A DNA stretch of 64,000 nucleotides, from positions 192,001-256,000 of IMG/VR virus record IMGVR_UViG_2799112330_000002. One strand, written 5' to 3'. Position 1 is the first letter of the stretch. Each line of letters starts with the position of its first letter. The stretch comes from a virus. Its lineage: Duplodnaviria > Heunggongvirae > Uroviricota > Caudoviricetes. The notes beneath the pieces are model-generated. The model did no database searches. It saw only the letters and a program-made list of their open reading frames with translations, and was not told the origin of the DNA. Shown here piece after piece: positions 11,097 through 21,216 of this stretch. Made by a program: the position numbers and the translations under genes.

Positions 11097-11114
11097 TATA
11101 TATATTAAAAATAA
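11097..11114 (-). promoter_or_regulatory. Putative late promoter TTATTTTTAAT(T/A)A (representative copy)
   Basis: Same or near-identical motif upstream of minus-strand structural blocks at ~1085, 7895, 11105, 23612, 26700, 30765, 46220 and 55405, and on + at ~35375. Confidence 0.55.
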
Positions 11115-11284
11115 AAAAGTTAGTATTAAAAATAGGTAAAAAAATTATACGTTCCCAATTGAAAACAGCACGAATCTTAAACTATTTTTATATTAATTAA
11201 ATATTTATTAACGATTATTTGGCAGATTATTGAGCAATTTTCTCACTTCTATTATTTAAAAATATGTGTATGTGTAAGAAATAA

Positions 11285-14200
11285 ATGGGTAATCCAGATT
11301 TTAATAATATAAGAAAACTAAATGAGATATATACTAATAAAGCTCAACAGTCTTTAACTGAAATTCTTAAATCATTTAGTTGTATATCTAATAATATAAA
11401 TCAAGAAATAATTCCCTTTAAGTATTCAAATATAAGGTTTGATGGATGTACTTCTGATGAACAACAACATTTTATCAATGACCAGTTACAACTTATTGAA
11501 TGCTTAGTAACTGATTCTATTTATGCTAAACAAGGATCTGTATATAACTGGAAATATATATATGATCTTTTGTATGATGAGAACTATGCAAAGACAGATA
11601 AGAAATATCGTAAAGTTGTATATTCTACATCATCAACAATTCGTCCCGTTGGACAAACATCTTTTCAAACATGGAATGGACTTCAGATAATTGACTTAGA
11701 TATCAAGAACAGTACAATAGCAAATTCATTAAAAGACATATTATTTGATGAGTTGTCTAAGTTTCATTGGTTTTTAGGACTATGTAGATCAGCTTCAAGA
11801 AATTCATTACATATATGGACAAAAATCACTCCATTGACAATAGACAATAGTAAACGTAGAGTAGAATATATATGTAATTTCAGACACAAGTATTCATATA
11901 TCTATATTATATTACTTAAATATGCTTCACAGTTTGGTTATACAAAAGAAGACATCTTTAAGTATATGGATATGGCAATGTGCAAGCCTCAACAGGGTAT
12001 CTTCATATCTTCGGATAATGCTTATCTTTCAACAAATTTCTATGATACAAGATTGGATGTAAATTTTGAAGCCGCATTCAACACAGGAATAGAATCAATC
12101 AATTGGATTTCTCATAATGATCTTAAAGACATATTTGCAAAATTGGAATGGTTTACAGTTGATGAATTCTATGAGAACAAGCATATTTCTGTGGAACAAT
12201 TAGAAAACCTTACTGATTATGACAAGACAAAGGCAAAGGGAAAGAAACACTATAAGCACTCTCAACGTTGGCAGTTAGCAAATACACTTACTTCATTATT
12301 CGGAGAGGCAAAAGCATTTGAGATATTTTGTAATATATGTTCTGGTACATCAATAAGGGAGTTAAAAGGTGATATCAAGACAGCAGCAATTCATAACAAA
12401 CCAATATCAAAATGGGCTGTAAAAGAATTGAACAAACAACATGGATTCAATATAAAGATAAAAGATGATAATACAGATGTTATAGACAAAATTGCAAAAG
12501 AAATTGAAAATAGTGATAATGACAAATTAGATCCCATAAAGATATTGAATGACAAGACAGAACATGTAACATTATATATGACAAAGGATCAATATCTAAG
12601 TGACATACAAGATCAAATTATTAGTAATTTGTCTCATATAACATTATTGGAAGCTGGTGCTGGTTATGGAAAGACGGAGATGATAAAGGGATTGAAAGCA
12701 AAGACATTATTAATATTGCCTTTCACATCAACAATAAAAGCAAAAGTTGAAGCAGATGAAAAGACGTCAGATTGGCTTTACTTCTATGGAAACAAAAGAC
12801 CAGATCTTATTGACATATTGGGAACACAAAACATTTCTATGACAATTGACAAATTTTCAAGGTTGAATGTATATGAATTGGATACAGCAAACTTTGAATA
12901 TATTGTAATTGATGAGTCACATCTTCTTTTCACAAGTTCATATAGAGATGTTATGGGACCATGTATTCAAAGGTTGGCAAATTGTAAAGCAAAAATCATT
13001 ATGATGACAGGAACACCAACAGGAGAAATATTGTTCTTCCCAAATATCAAACATATAAAAGTAAAGAAGGAAGATGTAAGAGACAAGACATGTGATTTTG
13101 TATTAGTTCCAACAGTAACAGAGCAGTTGTATGAAATGTGCAGATCAATTGCTGAGGATATAAGGGATGGCAAGAAGATATTATTTCCGACAAATAAGGG
13201 CAATATATATTATGAACAGATATTAGGTATCATCCATCATATATTAGATAAAGAGTTTCATTCCGATAGGCAAATAAAGTCATTTTATTATAAGAAGGCA
13301 AAATACGGTGAAGATGCAATGGAAGACATTAATAACAATAAGACAATTGGGGACTACGATATCATATTTTGTACAACTTATCTTTCGGTAGGAGTAGACA
13401 TTTGTGACAAATATAATTTTAGTATATATTTTAGTGATCCATTGATTCCTCAGGACATTGAACAGTATGCTAATAGACTAAGAAACAATAATCTTCATAT
13501 AAAAATGTTCTTACCTTATGAAGACAATAATGGATTTACAATTATTGGAGAGACAGTTAAGAAATTAGATCTATCATTTGATCAGAGGGATCTTATTTTT
13601 GCAAGAGACTTAGTGAAGACATGTAATGATATGCTTGAAAGAAATGAAGAAGAAGCAAAATATAATCCTCTTATATCTAGTCTATTGTCTACAAAAACAT
13701 ATTTGAAATATGATGAGAATGATTGCAGATATTATATAGATGAAACAACATATAAGTTGCATGTATTTGAAGAAAGATATTCAGAATTTGGAAAACAGTT
13801 GTCTATAATGGCAGATGGATTAAGATACTATGGATATAACACTCATATTATAAAGAAGACAGATAGAGCAACAGACAATAAAGATAAAATTGATGAGATA
13901 TTGAGAAACTGTAGAAACTTCAAATTCAATGAGGACACAATAAAGATAAAGAAATTCTTAAATCAACTTAATGATGGGAATATTGATTTCTATAAAGAAC
14001 TTCAAAAGGGTAATTATGCAGTTTTCAGAGATAAAGATGAAAAGAATGTAAAGACCAGAGAAGAAAACAATCTATATGTTGAAGACATTGAAATATTGGA
14101 AAAGCATATGCCTATTATATCTAGTCTCTATAAATATTATGATTGTGACACTATAAGAACAATTTATGAATATTGTATAGATCTAAAGTCTAATAGATTG

Positions 14201-14893
14201 AATGTCAGTAAACTAAGAAGAATCAGATCATTTGTAAGTATTGAAATGTCTAGACGAAAGAAACGATTAGACTTCCCAATATTAAGATTTATTACTGATT
14301 GTAGAAAATGGGCTCTTGATAATCCTGTTACAACAAAGTTAGATATTGATATGTTCTTAGCAACTTGGACTTGTAAATATTGTAATAGTATAAAAGATAT
14401 CATTATTGAAGACAAAGACTATTTGAATTATATGTATGAAATAGTACAAGAATATTGGAAAATAGTCATCATTCAATCTAATCCAAAATCTAAGAACATT
14501 CATATACATCCATTTGAACTATTATGGGAAACAAAGAATGAATTGTCAGATATCTATGGAAATCAGAATACAAAACTTTTCTTTATAAATGAATTGATGA
14601 ATGAGCAAAAACCATTAGATCCAAATGATGAAGATGAAGAATCACTTCCAGATTTCACTAAAGAAAGTAAGTTAAAAGTTGCAGATATTATACAAGACAT
14701 TCCAAATATCATACATAAGGAATTTGACTATTATACTTATTCTGAACTTGATGAATCTAACAAGAGATTTATGAGAAAGCAGGAAAATACTAATCCAATC
14801 AAGGACAACATATTCTATAATGCTTATGTTCATAACAACAATGATTCAGAAAAGATAGATAAGACAGACTTATTTACAGATGTACCATTCTAA
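11285..14893 (+). CDS. Primase-polymerase (VirE_N/BT4734-like AEP plus PriCT) fused to SF2 helicase
   Basis: IIDLDIK and SASRNSLHIW primase motifs; AGAGYGKT (Walker A), IDESH, MTGT, SVGVDI and QYANRLR helicase motifs. Confidence 0.8.
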   Translation: MGNPDFNNIRKLNEIYTNKAQQSLTEILKSFSCISNNINQEIIPFKYSNIRFDGCTSDEQQHFINDQLQLIECLVTDSIYAKQGSVYNWKYIYDLLYDENYAKTDKKYRKVVYSTSSTIRPVGQTSFQTWNGLQIIDLDIKNSTIANSLKDILFDELSKFHWFLGLCRSASRNSLHIWTKITPLTIDNSKRRVEYICNFRHKYSYIYIILLKYASQFGYTKEDIFKYMDMAMCKPQQGIFISSDNAYLSTNFYDTRLDVNFEAAFNTGIESINWISHNDLKDIFAKLEWFTVDEFYENKHISVEQLENLTDYDKTKAKGKKHYKHSQRWQLANTLTSLFGEAKAFEIFCNICSGTSIRELKGDIKTAAIHNKPISKWAVKELNKQHGFNIKIKDDNTDVIDKIAKEIENSDNDKLDPIKILNDKTEHVTLYMTKDQYLSDIQDQIISNLSHITLLEAGAGYGKTEMIKGLKAKTLLILPFTSTIKAKVEADEKTSDWLYFYGNKRPDLIDILGTQNISMTIDKFSRLNVYELDTANFEYIVIDESHLLFTSSYRDVMGPCIQRLANCKAKIIMMTGTPTGEILFFPNIKHIKVKKEDVRDKTCDFVLVPTVTEQLYEMCRSIAEDIRDGKKILFPTNKGNIYYEQILGIIHHILDKEFHSDRQIKSFYYKKAKYGEDAMEDINNNKTIGDYDIIFCTTYLSVGVDICDKYNFSIYFSDPLIPQDIEQYANRLRNNNLHIKMFLPYEDNNGFTIIGETVKKLDLSFDQRDLIFARDLVKTCNDMLERNEEEAKYNPLISSLLSTKTYLKYDENDCRYYIDETTYKLHVFEERYSEFGKQLSIMADGLRYYGYNTHIIKKTDRATDNKDKIDEILRNCRNFKFNEDTIKIKKFLNQLNDGNIDFYKELQKGNYAVFRDKDEKNVKTREENNLYVEDIEILEKHMPIISSLYKYYDCDTIRTIYEYCIDLKSNRLNVSKLRRIRSFVSIEMSRRKKRLDFPILRFITDCRKWALDNPVTTKLDIDMFLATWTCKYCNSIKDIIIEDKDYLNYMYEIVQEYWKIVIIQSNPKSKNIHIHPFELLWETKNELSDIYGNQNTKLFFINELMNEQKPLDPNDEDEESLPDFTKESKLKVADIIQDIPNIIHKEFDYYTYSELDESNKRFMRKQENTNPIKDNIFYNAYVHNNNDSEKIDKTDLFTDVPF

Positions 14894-14934
14894 TACTATA
14901 TAAAGACACACATACATACACATACATAATAGAT

Positions 14935-14976
14935 AAAGAACCATGAAGTCAATCTAAAATACTTTGTGGTTCTTTT
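14935..14976 (+). terminator. Probable intrinsic terminator
   Basis: aagaaccatgaagt...actttgtggttctttt imperfect stem with T tract. Confidence 0.55.
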
Positions 14977-15039
14977 AAATTTTGATCTCTGATGATCTAT
15001 ATTAATATTATATAAAACTGTTAAATTGATAATAAAAAT

Positions 15040-16185
15040 ATGATTGAAGAAAAGAAAGGTTATTCTTATAATGATTTGACTATTATTCCTGAAGTCATTT
15101 CAAGTGTATCATCTCGTTCAGAATGTGATTGTAGAGAAGATAATGAATTCTTGCCGATATTTACAGCACCTATGGCAAGTGTAGTTAATGAAGACAACAT
15201 AGATATTTTTTATGAAAATGGAATAAATGCAATAATTCCAAGAAACATTGATTTAAAAGTTCGTAAAAAATATATGAATGAAGAACATTGGGTTGCTTTA
15301 TCATTAAAGGAATTTAGAGATCTGTTTGTCAATAACTATTTAGATAGAGTTGGAACTTCAGATACATCCTATTATATTTGTGTGGATATTGCTAATGGGC
15401 ATATGAAGTCATTATATGAAACTTGTCATACAGCTAAGAAAAATGCAATTGCTGCTGGGTATAAATTGACTATCATGACTGGTAATATAGCTAATCCTAA
15501 AACATATGAATGGATTTGCAGATTTAATAATAAAAATGACATTAAAGTAATTGATTATATTAGAGTTGGGATCGGCGGCGGTTCAGGCTGTATCACTACA
15601 TCTAATGTGAGTATTCACTACCCACAAGCAAGTTTAATTGATGAATGTTATAAAGTAAAGCTAAAATATTTCTTAAAAGATTGCCCGTTTATTATTGCTG
15701 ATGGAGGTATTCGTAATTATGATCATGTAATCAAGGCTTTAGCATTAGGAGCAGATTATGTTATGATTGGTAGTCTATTTGCACAGTGTATTGAATCATC
15801 TGGAGATAAATATTTTCAATCTAATGATGTATTTATTTATGATGAATGGGATCCAAATTATTTTAAAATTAATAATGATGGTGAATGGACTGGTAAATTA
15901 AAAGTTTGGAATGATATTGATTATATTGGGCCACTTGAAGTAAAGTTCTTTGGTATGGCTTCTGCAGATGGACAGAAATCTATATCTGGGCATAAGACAA
16001 AGACTGCAGAAGGAATCACAAAATATTTACCGGTTAAATATACATTAAAGGGATGGGTAAACAACATGGAAAGTTATCTTCGTTCAGCAATGTCTTATTG
16101 TGATTGTAAAGAGCTTAATGACTTCATTGGAAAACCAAGACTTATTCCAAATAGTATATCAGAAATACAAGCAGTAAATAAATAG
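15040..16185 (+). CDS. IMP dehydrogenase/GMP reductase family enzyme (no CBS domains)
   Basis: TAPM, VDIANGH, GNIA, VGIGGGSGCITT catalytic loop, IIADGGIR, KALALGADYVMIG, AEG, LRSAMSY. Confidence 0.9.
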   Translation: MIEEKKGYSYNDLTIIPEVISSVSSRSECDCREDNEFLPIFTAPMASVVNEDNIDIFYENGINAIIPRNIDLKVRKKYMNEEHWVALSLKEFRDLFVNNYLDRVGTSDTSYYICVDIANGHMKSLYETCHTAKKNAIAAGYKLTIMTGNIANPKTYEWICRFNNKNDIKVIDYIRVGIGGGSGCITTSNVSIHYPQASLIDECYKVKLKYFLKDCPFIIADGGIRNYDHVIKALALGADYVMIGSLFAQCIESSGDKYFQSNDVFIYDEWDPNYFKINNDGEWTGKLKVWNDIDYIGPLEVKFFGMASADGQKSISGHKTKTAEGITKYLPVKYTLKGWVNNMESYLRSAMSYCDCKELNDFIGKPRLIPNSISEIQAVNK

Positions 16186-16196
16186 AAATAATATAT

Positions 16197-16844
16197 ATGA
16201 AAGATAGAGAGTTTTATGCATGTGATCTATGTAAGACAATGACTGATGAAAAGCATTTGTTAGAGAATGCAAGTTTTCCATGTGCTCATTGCAAAGGTGA
16301 CCATAATAAGTTCAGAGCATCTAAGCAGTTTACACAGTTTTTATTGAGAAACAATTATAAGCTTAAGCCATTTAATTCAGTAAAAATCATAATTGGATTT
16401 CCTGGTGTTGGTAAGACATATTGTAAAGAATACTTCAAAGGTGGTAGTATCAAAGTGTTAGATAGTGATAGTTCAAATTTTAGTAAAGATAATTTCCCTC
16501 ATAACTATATTGATTTCATAAAAGAAGTCATATATAAGAATGATGCTGACTTATTATTTGTTTCTTCTCATGAAGATGTTCGTAAAGCTATCTATAATGA
16601 TGACTTTATAATGAATAATGCCGCAATATATATTTGCTATCCAGACAAATCATTAAAAGAAGACTTCATAAACAGGTATAAGAATAGAGGCAATAATGAT
16701 AATTTCATAAACCTGATTTCTAATAATTGGGATAAGTGGATAGATGATATAGAAAAAGAAGCATATTTCTTTCCAATGAAACTTCAAGTAGAGAATGACA
16801 CATTATTTAATCAAATAAAATTATTAGCATTAAACAATATATGA
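16197..16844 (+). CDS. P-loop kinase-like protein with N-terminal CxxC motifs
   Basis: GFPGVGKT, LDSDSS; CDLC and CAHC at the N-terminus. Confidence 0.7.
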   Translation: MKDREFYACDLCKTMTDEKHLLENASFPCAHCKGDHNKFRASKQFTQFLLRNNYKLKPFNSVKIIIGFPGVGKTYCKEYFKGGSIKVLDSDSSNFSKDNFPHNYIDFIKEVIYKNDADLLFVSSHEDVRKAIYNDDFIMNNAAIYICYPDKSLKEDFINRYKNRGNNDNFINLISNNWDKWIDDIEKEAYFFPMKLQVENDTLFNQIKLLALNNI

Positions 16845-16951
16845 GAGACTTTTTAGAAGCAATATATGAATATCCATGGGTAACATTTTTTGTATTCATA
16901 TTATTAATGGCTATCTTAGAAAAAATTAAAGAAATATTTCACGGAGATTGA
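16841..16951 (+). CDS. Small membrane protein
   Basis: MRDFLEAIYEYPWVTFFVFILLMAILEKIKEIFHGD; ATGA overlap; below the ORF-track cutoff. Confidence 0.55.
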   Translation: MRDFLEAIYEYPWVTFFVFILLMAILEKIKEIFHGD

Positions 16952-17014
16952 ATATTCTCGGAGATTTACTATATTAATAATGTAATTAATATTATTCATT
17001 AAAAATTTAAAGTT

Positions 17015-17236
17015 ATGGCTAATTTAAATTTCAATCTCCAGGCAGCTCTCAACGGGGCAAACGTTCAAACTAAAAACGGTCAGAAGGCCAGAGTAATTTG
17101 CCAGACAAGGGACAAGATCTTGGTTCAGGTATACTCCAATATCTGTAGCTACAAGAACTATCAGGCTAAGTACAATCTTGACGGTTCACGTTGGTCTCCC
17201 AATTCGCCTTCCAATGATGACTTGGTCATGGCTTAA
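17015..17236 (+). CDS. Hypothetical phage protein
   Basis: FNLQAALNGANVQTKNGQKARVIC...DDLVM; promoter-like motif upstream. Confidence 0.7.
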   Translation: MANLNFNLQAALNGANVQTKNGQKARVICQTRDKILVQVYSNICSYKNYQAKYNLDGSRWSPNSPSNDDLVMA

Positions 17237-17265
17237 TCTTCAACAAAATATTTAATTTACTGATT

Positions 17266-17496
17266 ATGTGCAAGTATAAAAGAGAAGATTTGTCTAAACG
17301 ACTTCTGGAAAGATGCCAAGTATGCATGCATGGCGGAAGAAACATCTTTCCAGATTGTGTTGACTTTGATCCAATTAAGAATTGCTATTATTTTGATGAC
17401 ATAAACGATGATGATCCTCGTGAAGAAGACTATGATTGTGGAGCTTATATGCATCAGAGTGACTATGAAGAATTGAAACAGTTGTTTGGAAAATAA
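17266..17496 (+). CDS. Hypothetical Cys-containing protein
   Basis: 76-aa ORF. Confidence 0.65.
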   Translation: MCKYKREDLSKRLLERCQVCMHGGRNIFPDCVDFDPIKNCYYFDDINDDDPREEDYDCGAYMHQSDYEELKQLFGK

Positions 17497-17505
17497 TATA
17501 TATTT

Positions 17506-17703
17506 ATGGAATATTTTTTAGTATATTTAGTATTTGGGGCTTTAGTAGCTATTGTTTGCTGGTTTTTCTTTGGAAACAAATTGTCCATATTCCGTAATAT
17601 TTTCTTAATATTATTTATACTGATAAGTATTTTATGGCCATGTGTACTTATTGCAATGATCTATGCAATCATATATAATATATATCATGGTTATCTTTTT
17701 TAA
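17506..17703 (+). CDS. Small two-TM membrane protein
   Basis: Two hydrophobic stretches. Confidence 0.6.
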   Translation: MEYFLVYLVFGALVAIVCWFFFGNKLSIFRNIFLILFILISILWPCVLIAMIYAIIYNIYHGYLF

Positions 17704-17954
17704 TTATATTTTTAAATAAAATATATAAGCATTATCATATGATCTGTCAAAACAAAGAAACAAAAATCAAATATAATTTCAAAGAGCAAGCTGACAAGAA
17801 AATAAAGCTATGGAATAACCTTACAAAAAGAAAATTTGTTTCATTGGATGAATTTAATGAAAATTATAACATTATTGATAAATTTCTGTCACTTTAATAC
17901 TATATTATAATTAACTTAGAATATTAATGTTTAATCAATAAAGTTTAATTATTT

Positions 17955-18425
17955 ATGAGAAAAATTATTTTTACAGTTTTAATTAGTTTGATTTGTGTAT
18001 GTGGATTTTCTCAAAATCATTATCCACAATTACCTTCTAGACCTCCTGTAACTCAAGTTCCTCAGATGCCAGATGTTGCAGAGAATTATGATATGAGTGA
18101 GATCAATATTGATCGTTTGGCTGAAAGACTTAAGCTCAATGACTACCAGACAGAATATCTTAAGATCGCTCATGAGACTATGGTAGATGACATTGCTAAA
18201 AGTGCAGAACAGAATGGATTCATTAAGACTCGTCATCTTGACAAAGCAATTGCTAACAATATCAAAACTATGAAGAAAGTATTGAATGATGAGCAATTTA
18301 AGCTTTATAGTGAATTACTTACTACAACAATCAGAAATAATTTTAATATGATGTTGTACAATACTTTCAAGGACATGCCAAGACGACGTCCAATTCCATT
18401 CCGCAGAATTATGCCTGCAAATTAA
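17955..18425 (+). CDS. Secreted/periplasmic helical protein
   Basis: Signal peptide MRKIIFTVLISLICVCGFSQ; LAERLKLNDYQ...MKKVLNDEQFKLY helical pattern. Confidence 0.65.
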   Translation: MRKIIFTVLISLICVCGFSQNHYPQLPSRPPVTQVPQMPDVAENYDMSEINIDRLAERLKLNDYQTEYLKIAHETMVDDIAKSAEQNGFIKTRHLDKAIANNIKTMKKVLNDEQFKLYSELLTTTIRNNFNMMLYNTFKDMPRRRPIPFRRIMPAN

Positions 18426-18444
18426 ATATTTTATAATAAATATT

Positions 18445-18657
18445 ATGGGTAAATTATTTCATGACATTATTACAGAAGAGCCAGTTGATGGTGAGTACTA
18501 TTATCTTTTTACAAAGTTTGGAGCATTAATTGGTGAAGGAGAATGGGAAGCAGATAATCAAGACTTTTATAACAATCAGGATGACATTACTTTCTTGCCT
18601 GAGAATATTGATTATTTTATGAGTGTACCGAGTAAAGAACAACTTAAATCATTATAA
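18445..18657 (+). CDS. Hypothetical protein
   Basis: 70-aa ORF. Confidence 0.6.
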   Translation: MGKLFHDIITEEPVDGEYYYLFTKFGALIGEGEWEADNQDFYNNQDDITFLPENIDYFMSVPSKEQLKSL

Positions 18658-18660
18658 AAT

Positions 18661-19290
18661 ATGAATAAAGAAACAACTTATTATGTTAATCATGCAGTAG
18701 ATGTCTCTGAGGACGCTACTTATTCACTTATTGACAAAGGACTTAACAATGCCGCTACATTGGTAATTAAAGAAGGCATTTCTACTATCTATTTTGAATC
18801 TGGTAAGCCTGAGCAAGTATTTTCCGAATTCAATGATGTAATTAATTTTGTTGAAGATGAAGGTTGGACATTTGTAAAACTTCTATCAGGAAACAAGAGA
18901 TGGAAAGAATATAATCCTAATCCCAAGGAACGAAATATTGGAGATTGTACTCTTCGTTCTTATTGCGCAGCATTTGACATTACTTGGGATCAGGCATTTG
19001 ATATTGCTTCACAGGTAGCCAAAGAGAATTCTACGCTTATCCAATATGTGGCAGACAAGGTTCTATTGGAATCATTCAATTGTGTAGTTGATGCGACATA
19101 TAACAAGAAGAGTGTAAAAGGCAAGGATAGGATTACAGTAAATGAATTTGCTATGACTCATCCTTATGGTACATATATTCTTCATATGCGTTCTCATCAG
19201 GTTACAGTAATTGATGGTTTGTATTGGGATAGCTGGGATTGTGGAGACAAGAAAATTGATACAGTTTATTTGCCTCCAAAGAAGAAGTAA
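18661..19290 (+). CDS. Hypothetical phage protein (NPNP..GDC family; possible Cys-His-Asp triad)
   Basis: YNPNPKERNIGDCTLRS...HQVTVIDG.YWDSWD. Confidence 0.65.
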   Translation: MNKETTYYVNHAVDVSEDATYSLIDKGLNNAATLVIKEGISTIYFESGKPEQVFSEFNDVINFVEDEGWTFVKLLSGNKRWKEYNPNPKERNIGDCTLRSYCAAFDITWDQAFDIASQVAKENSTLIQYVADKVLLESFNCVVDATYNKKSVKGKDRITVNEFAMTHPYGTYILHMRSHQVTVIDGLYWDSWDCGDKKIDTVYLPPKKK

Positions 19291-19293
19291 TAC

Positions 19294-19545
19294 ATGAATA
19301 ATAGATATGAATCTATGGGAGAGCATATACGAAACAAGCTCTCCCATTATGAAATGCTATTGACATTAATAAAAGATCTTAAGAAATCTGAACATAATAT
19401 AGAACAGTTCAATAAGACAAAGAACTTGTTGTATAATGCTGTATCAATTGAACCTCTTGAAGAACTTGTTAGAATATCTAAAATGAATGAAATAGAATCA
19501 ATTAAATGGATTAGAAAACAATATGATAGGAAAACCAAAGTTTAA
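19294..19545 (+). CDS. Hypothetical protein
   Basis: 83-aa ORF. Confidence 0.6.
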   Translation: MNNRYESMGEHIRNKLSHYEMLLTLIKDLKKSEHNIEQFNKTKNLLYNAVSIEPLEELVRISKMNEIESIKWIRKQYDRKTKV

Positions 19546-20083
19546 TTACGGAGATATTGTTGCATTTCAACTTAAAGATGGGAAATATAAGGGAGAAATC
19601 CATATCATAGATAAATACGGTACATTTGATAATTCTAATGAGCCATCTTATGATATTTTAGTTAAAGATGCTTATAAAGAAGGCGATAGTTATTATAAAC
19701 CAAATGGGAATAATGACTGTTTGTTTAAACATATTTCGGAACATATGATTATAACTAAAAAGATTTATATTAGTCTTCCAATTAAGATTGATGAGAAGAC
19801 AGTTGCAAAACGATTTAAAGAAGCAAAAGAATATATTTCTAAGCTACCTTCATTAAAAGATTATGTTGTTGTTGGACCAATTAATATCAATGACTTTGAT
19901 GATACTGGACTTACAGCTAAAAGAGATCATGACTATGCTTGGTATATGGGAGAAGACATCAAGGAACTGTTGAGAGCTGATGCTATCTTTATGGGAGCTG
20001 GTTGGGAGAAATCTGAAGGATGCCGTTGTGAGTTGGCTACTGCGAAGATCTATAATAAACAAATAATCTATCAACACCGTTAA
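19523..20083 (+). CDS. DUF4406 / nucleoside 2-deoxyribosyltransferase-like protein with extra N-terminal domain
   Basis: KIYISLPI...ADAIFMGAGWEKSEGCRCELATA. Confidence 0.75.
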   Translation: MIGKPKFNYGDIVAFQLKDGKYKGEIHIIDKYGTFDNSNEPSYDILVKDAYKEGDSYYKPNGNNDCLFKHISEHMIITKKIYISLPIKIDEKTVAKRFKEAKEYISKLPSLKDYVVVGPININDFDDTGLTAKRDHDYAWYMGEDIKELLRADAIFMGAGWEKSEGCRCELATAKIYNKQIIYQHR

Positions 20084-20087
20084 TATT

Positions 20088-20453
20088 ATGATTTATTCTA
20101 TTGATGACTTATGTTCTGTATCTTATGATAATGAACAAATTGAAGATGTATCAAAAAATTTATTGAATTCATTGGTTGTTGGTATGTTTCGTTATGCTAA
20201 GATAGACAATCTTGCTGATAATGAAATAATTGAACTTATTAGGAAAGATAATGAATGGTTCAACAAATATTATTGGACAACTGCTCAAAGAGTTAGATTC
20301 ATCAAAAAACTAAACCAAGTGTTTTCAAACTTATATAATTTCGGCCCAAATAAATGTCAGAACTCATCAATTGAATGGATAATGAAATACGGGTTGAAAA
20401 ACAAAGAATTTAAAAAGCCAATCAATAGAAAACAAAAAACTTCTAAGAAATAG
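20088..20453 (+). CDS. Hypothetical protein
   Basis: 121-aa ORF. Confidence 0.65.
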   Translation: MIYSIDDLCSVSYDNEQIEDVSKNLLNSLVVGMFRYAKIDNLADNEIIELIRKDNEWFNKYYWTTAQRVRFIKKLNQVFSNLYNFGPNKCQNSSIEWIMKYGLKNKEFKKPINRKQKTSKK

Positions 20454-20516
20454 ATTGAATTGATTTGGTGTTGTTGTCTATTTTATATATAACCACAAAA
20501 ATATCTTAGTTTAATT

Positions 20517-21143
20517 GTGGAAATATTTATCGGAATAGACCAATCAATAAATTCAACAGGAATCACTATACAAAAATTTGAGAATAATCAACTTGTTAAA
20601 GAAAATTTCTATATAATTACAGGGAAAGTTTCAAAGAAAGCATTAAGTATTTCTCAATCATTAAATAATTTTGATTATATTTTATACAATAAGCTTGAAA
20701 AATCAGATTCAAAAAACAATAATGAATTTGAATTTTTCAAGCTTATGAACATTGTATCTATAACTGATATAATCTTAGACCTTATTGATCATTCTTGTGA
20801 AAGCAGTTTAGACAAAATCTATATAGCAATGGAGGGAATTTCTTATTCTTCTTCCCAAACAAAATCATTAATTGATTTGTCTGGGCTTTCATATGTATTA
20901 AGATATAGAATAAACAATTTCTTCAAATCACATCAAGATCAATGTGGAGGATTGTATATATTTACTCCTGGTGAAATAAAGAAATTTGCTACTGGAAATG
21001 GAAATGCAAATAAAGATATGATGGTAAACTTGTTTAAGAACCTTAAGAATGATTTAAAAGTGTTACCAAAAATTGATGATATAGCGGATTCTTTTTGGAT
21101 TTGTGCTTATATACAGAATATTCACACAGATATACTTCTGTGA
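20517..21143 (+). CDS. RuvC-like Holliday junction resolvase
   Basis: IGIDQSINSTG, MEG, IKKFATGNGNANK, DDIADS. Confidence 0.85.
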   Translation: MEIFIGIDQSINSTGITIQKFENNQLVKENFYIITGKVSKKALSISQSLNNFDYILYNKLEKSDSKNNNEFEFFKLMNIVSITDIILDLIDHSCESSLDKIYIAMEGISYSSSQTKSLIDLSGLSYVLRYRINNFFKSHQDQCGGLYIFTPGEIKKFATGNGNANKDMMVNLFKNLKNDLKVLPKIDDIADSFWICAYIQNIHTDILL

Positions 21144-21216
21144 CACCCTACTCATCTCAAATTAAAAATCAATTAAATTATATATACACAAGAAAATATA
21201 TTAGTAGAGATCATTT

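Noticed and set aside
14905-14930. cacacatacatacacatacata microsatellite-like tract
   Set aside because: Too short and intergenic; no evidence of function
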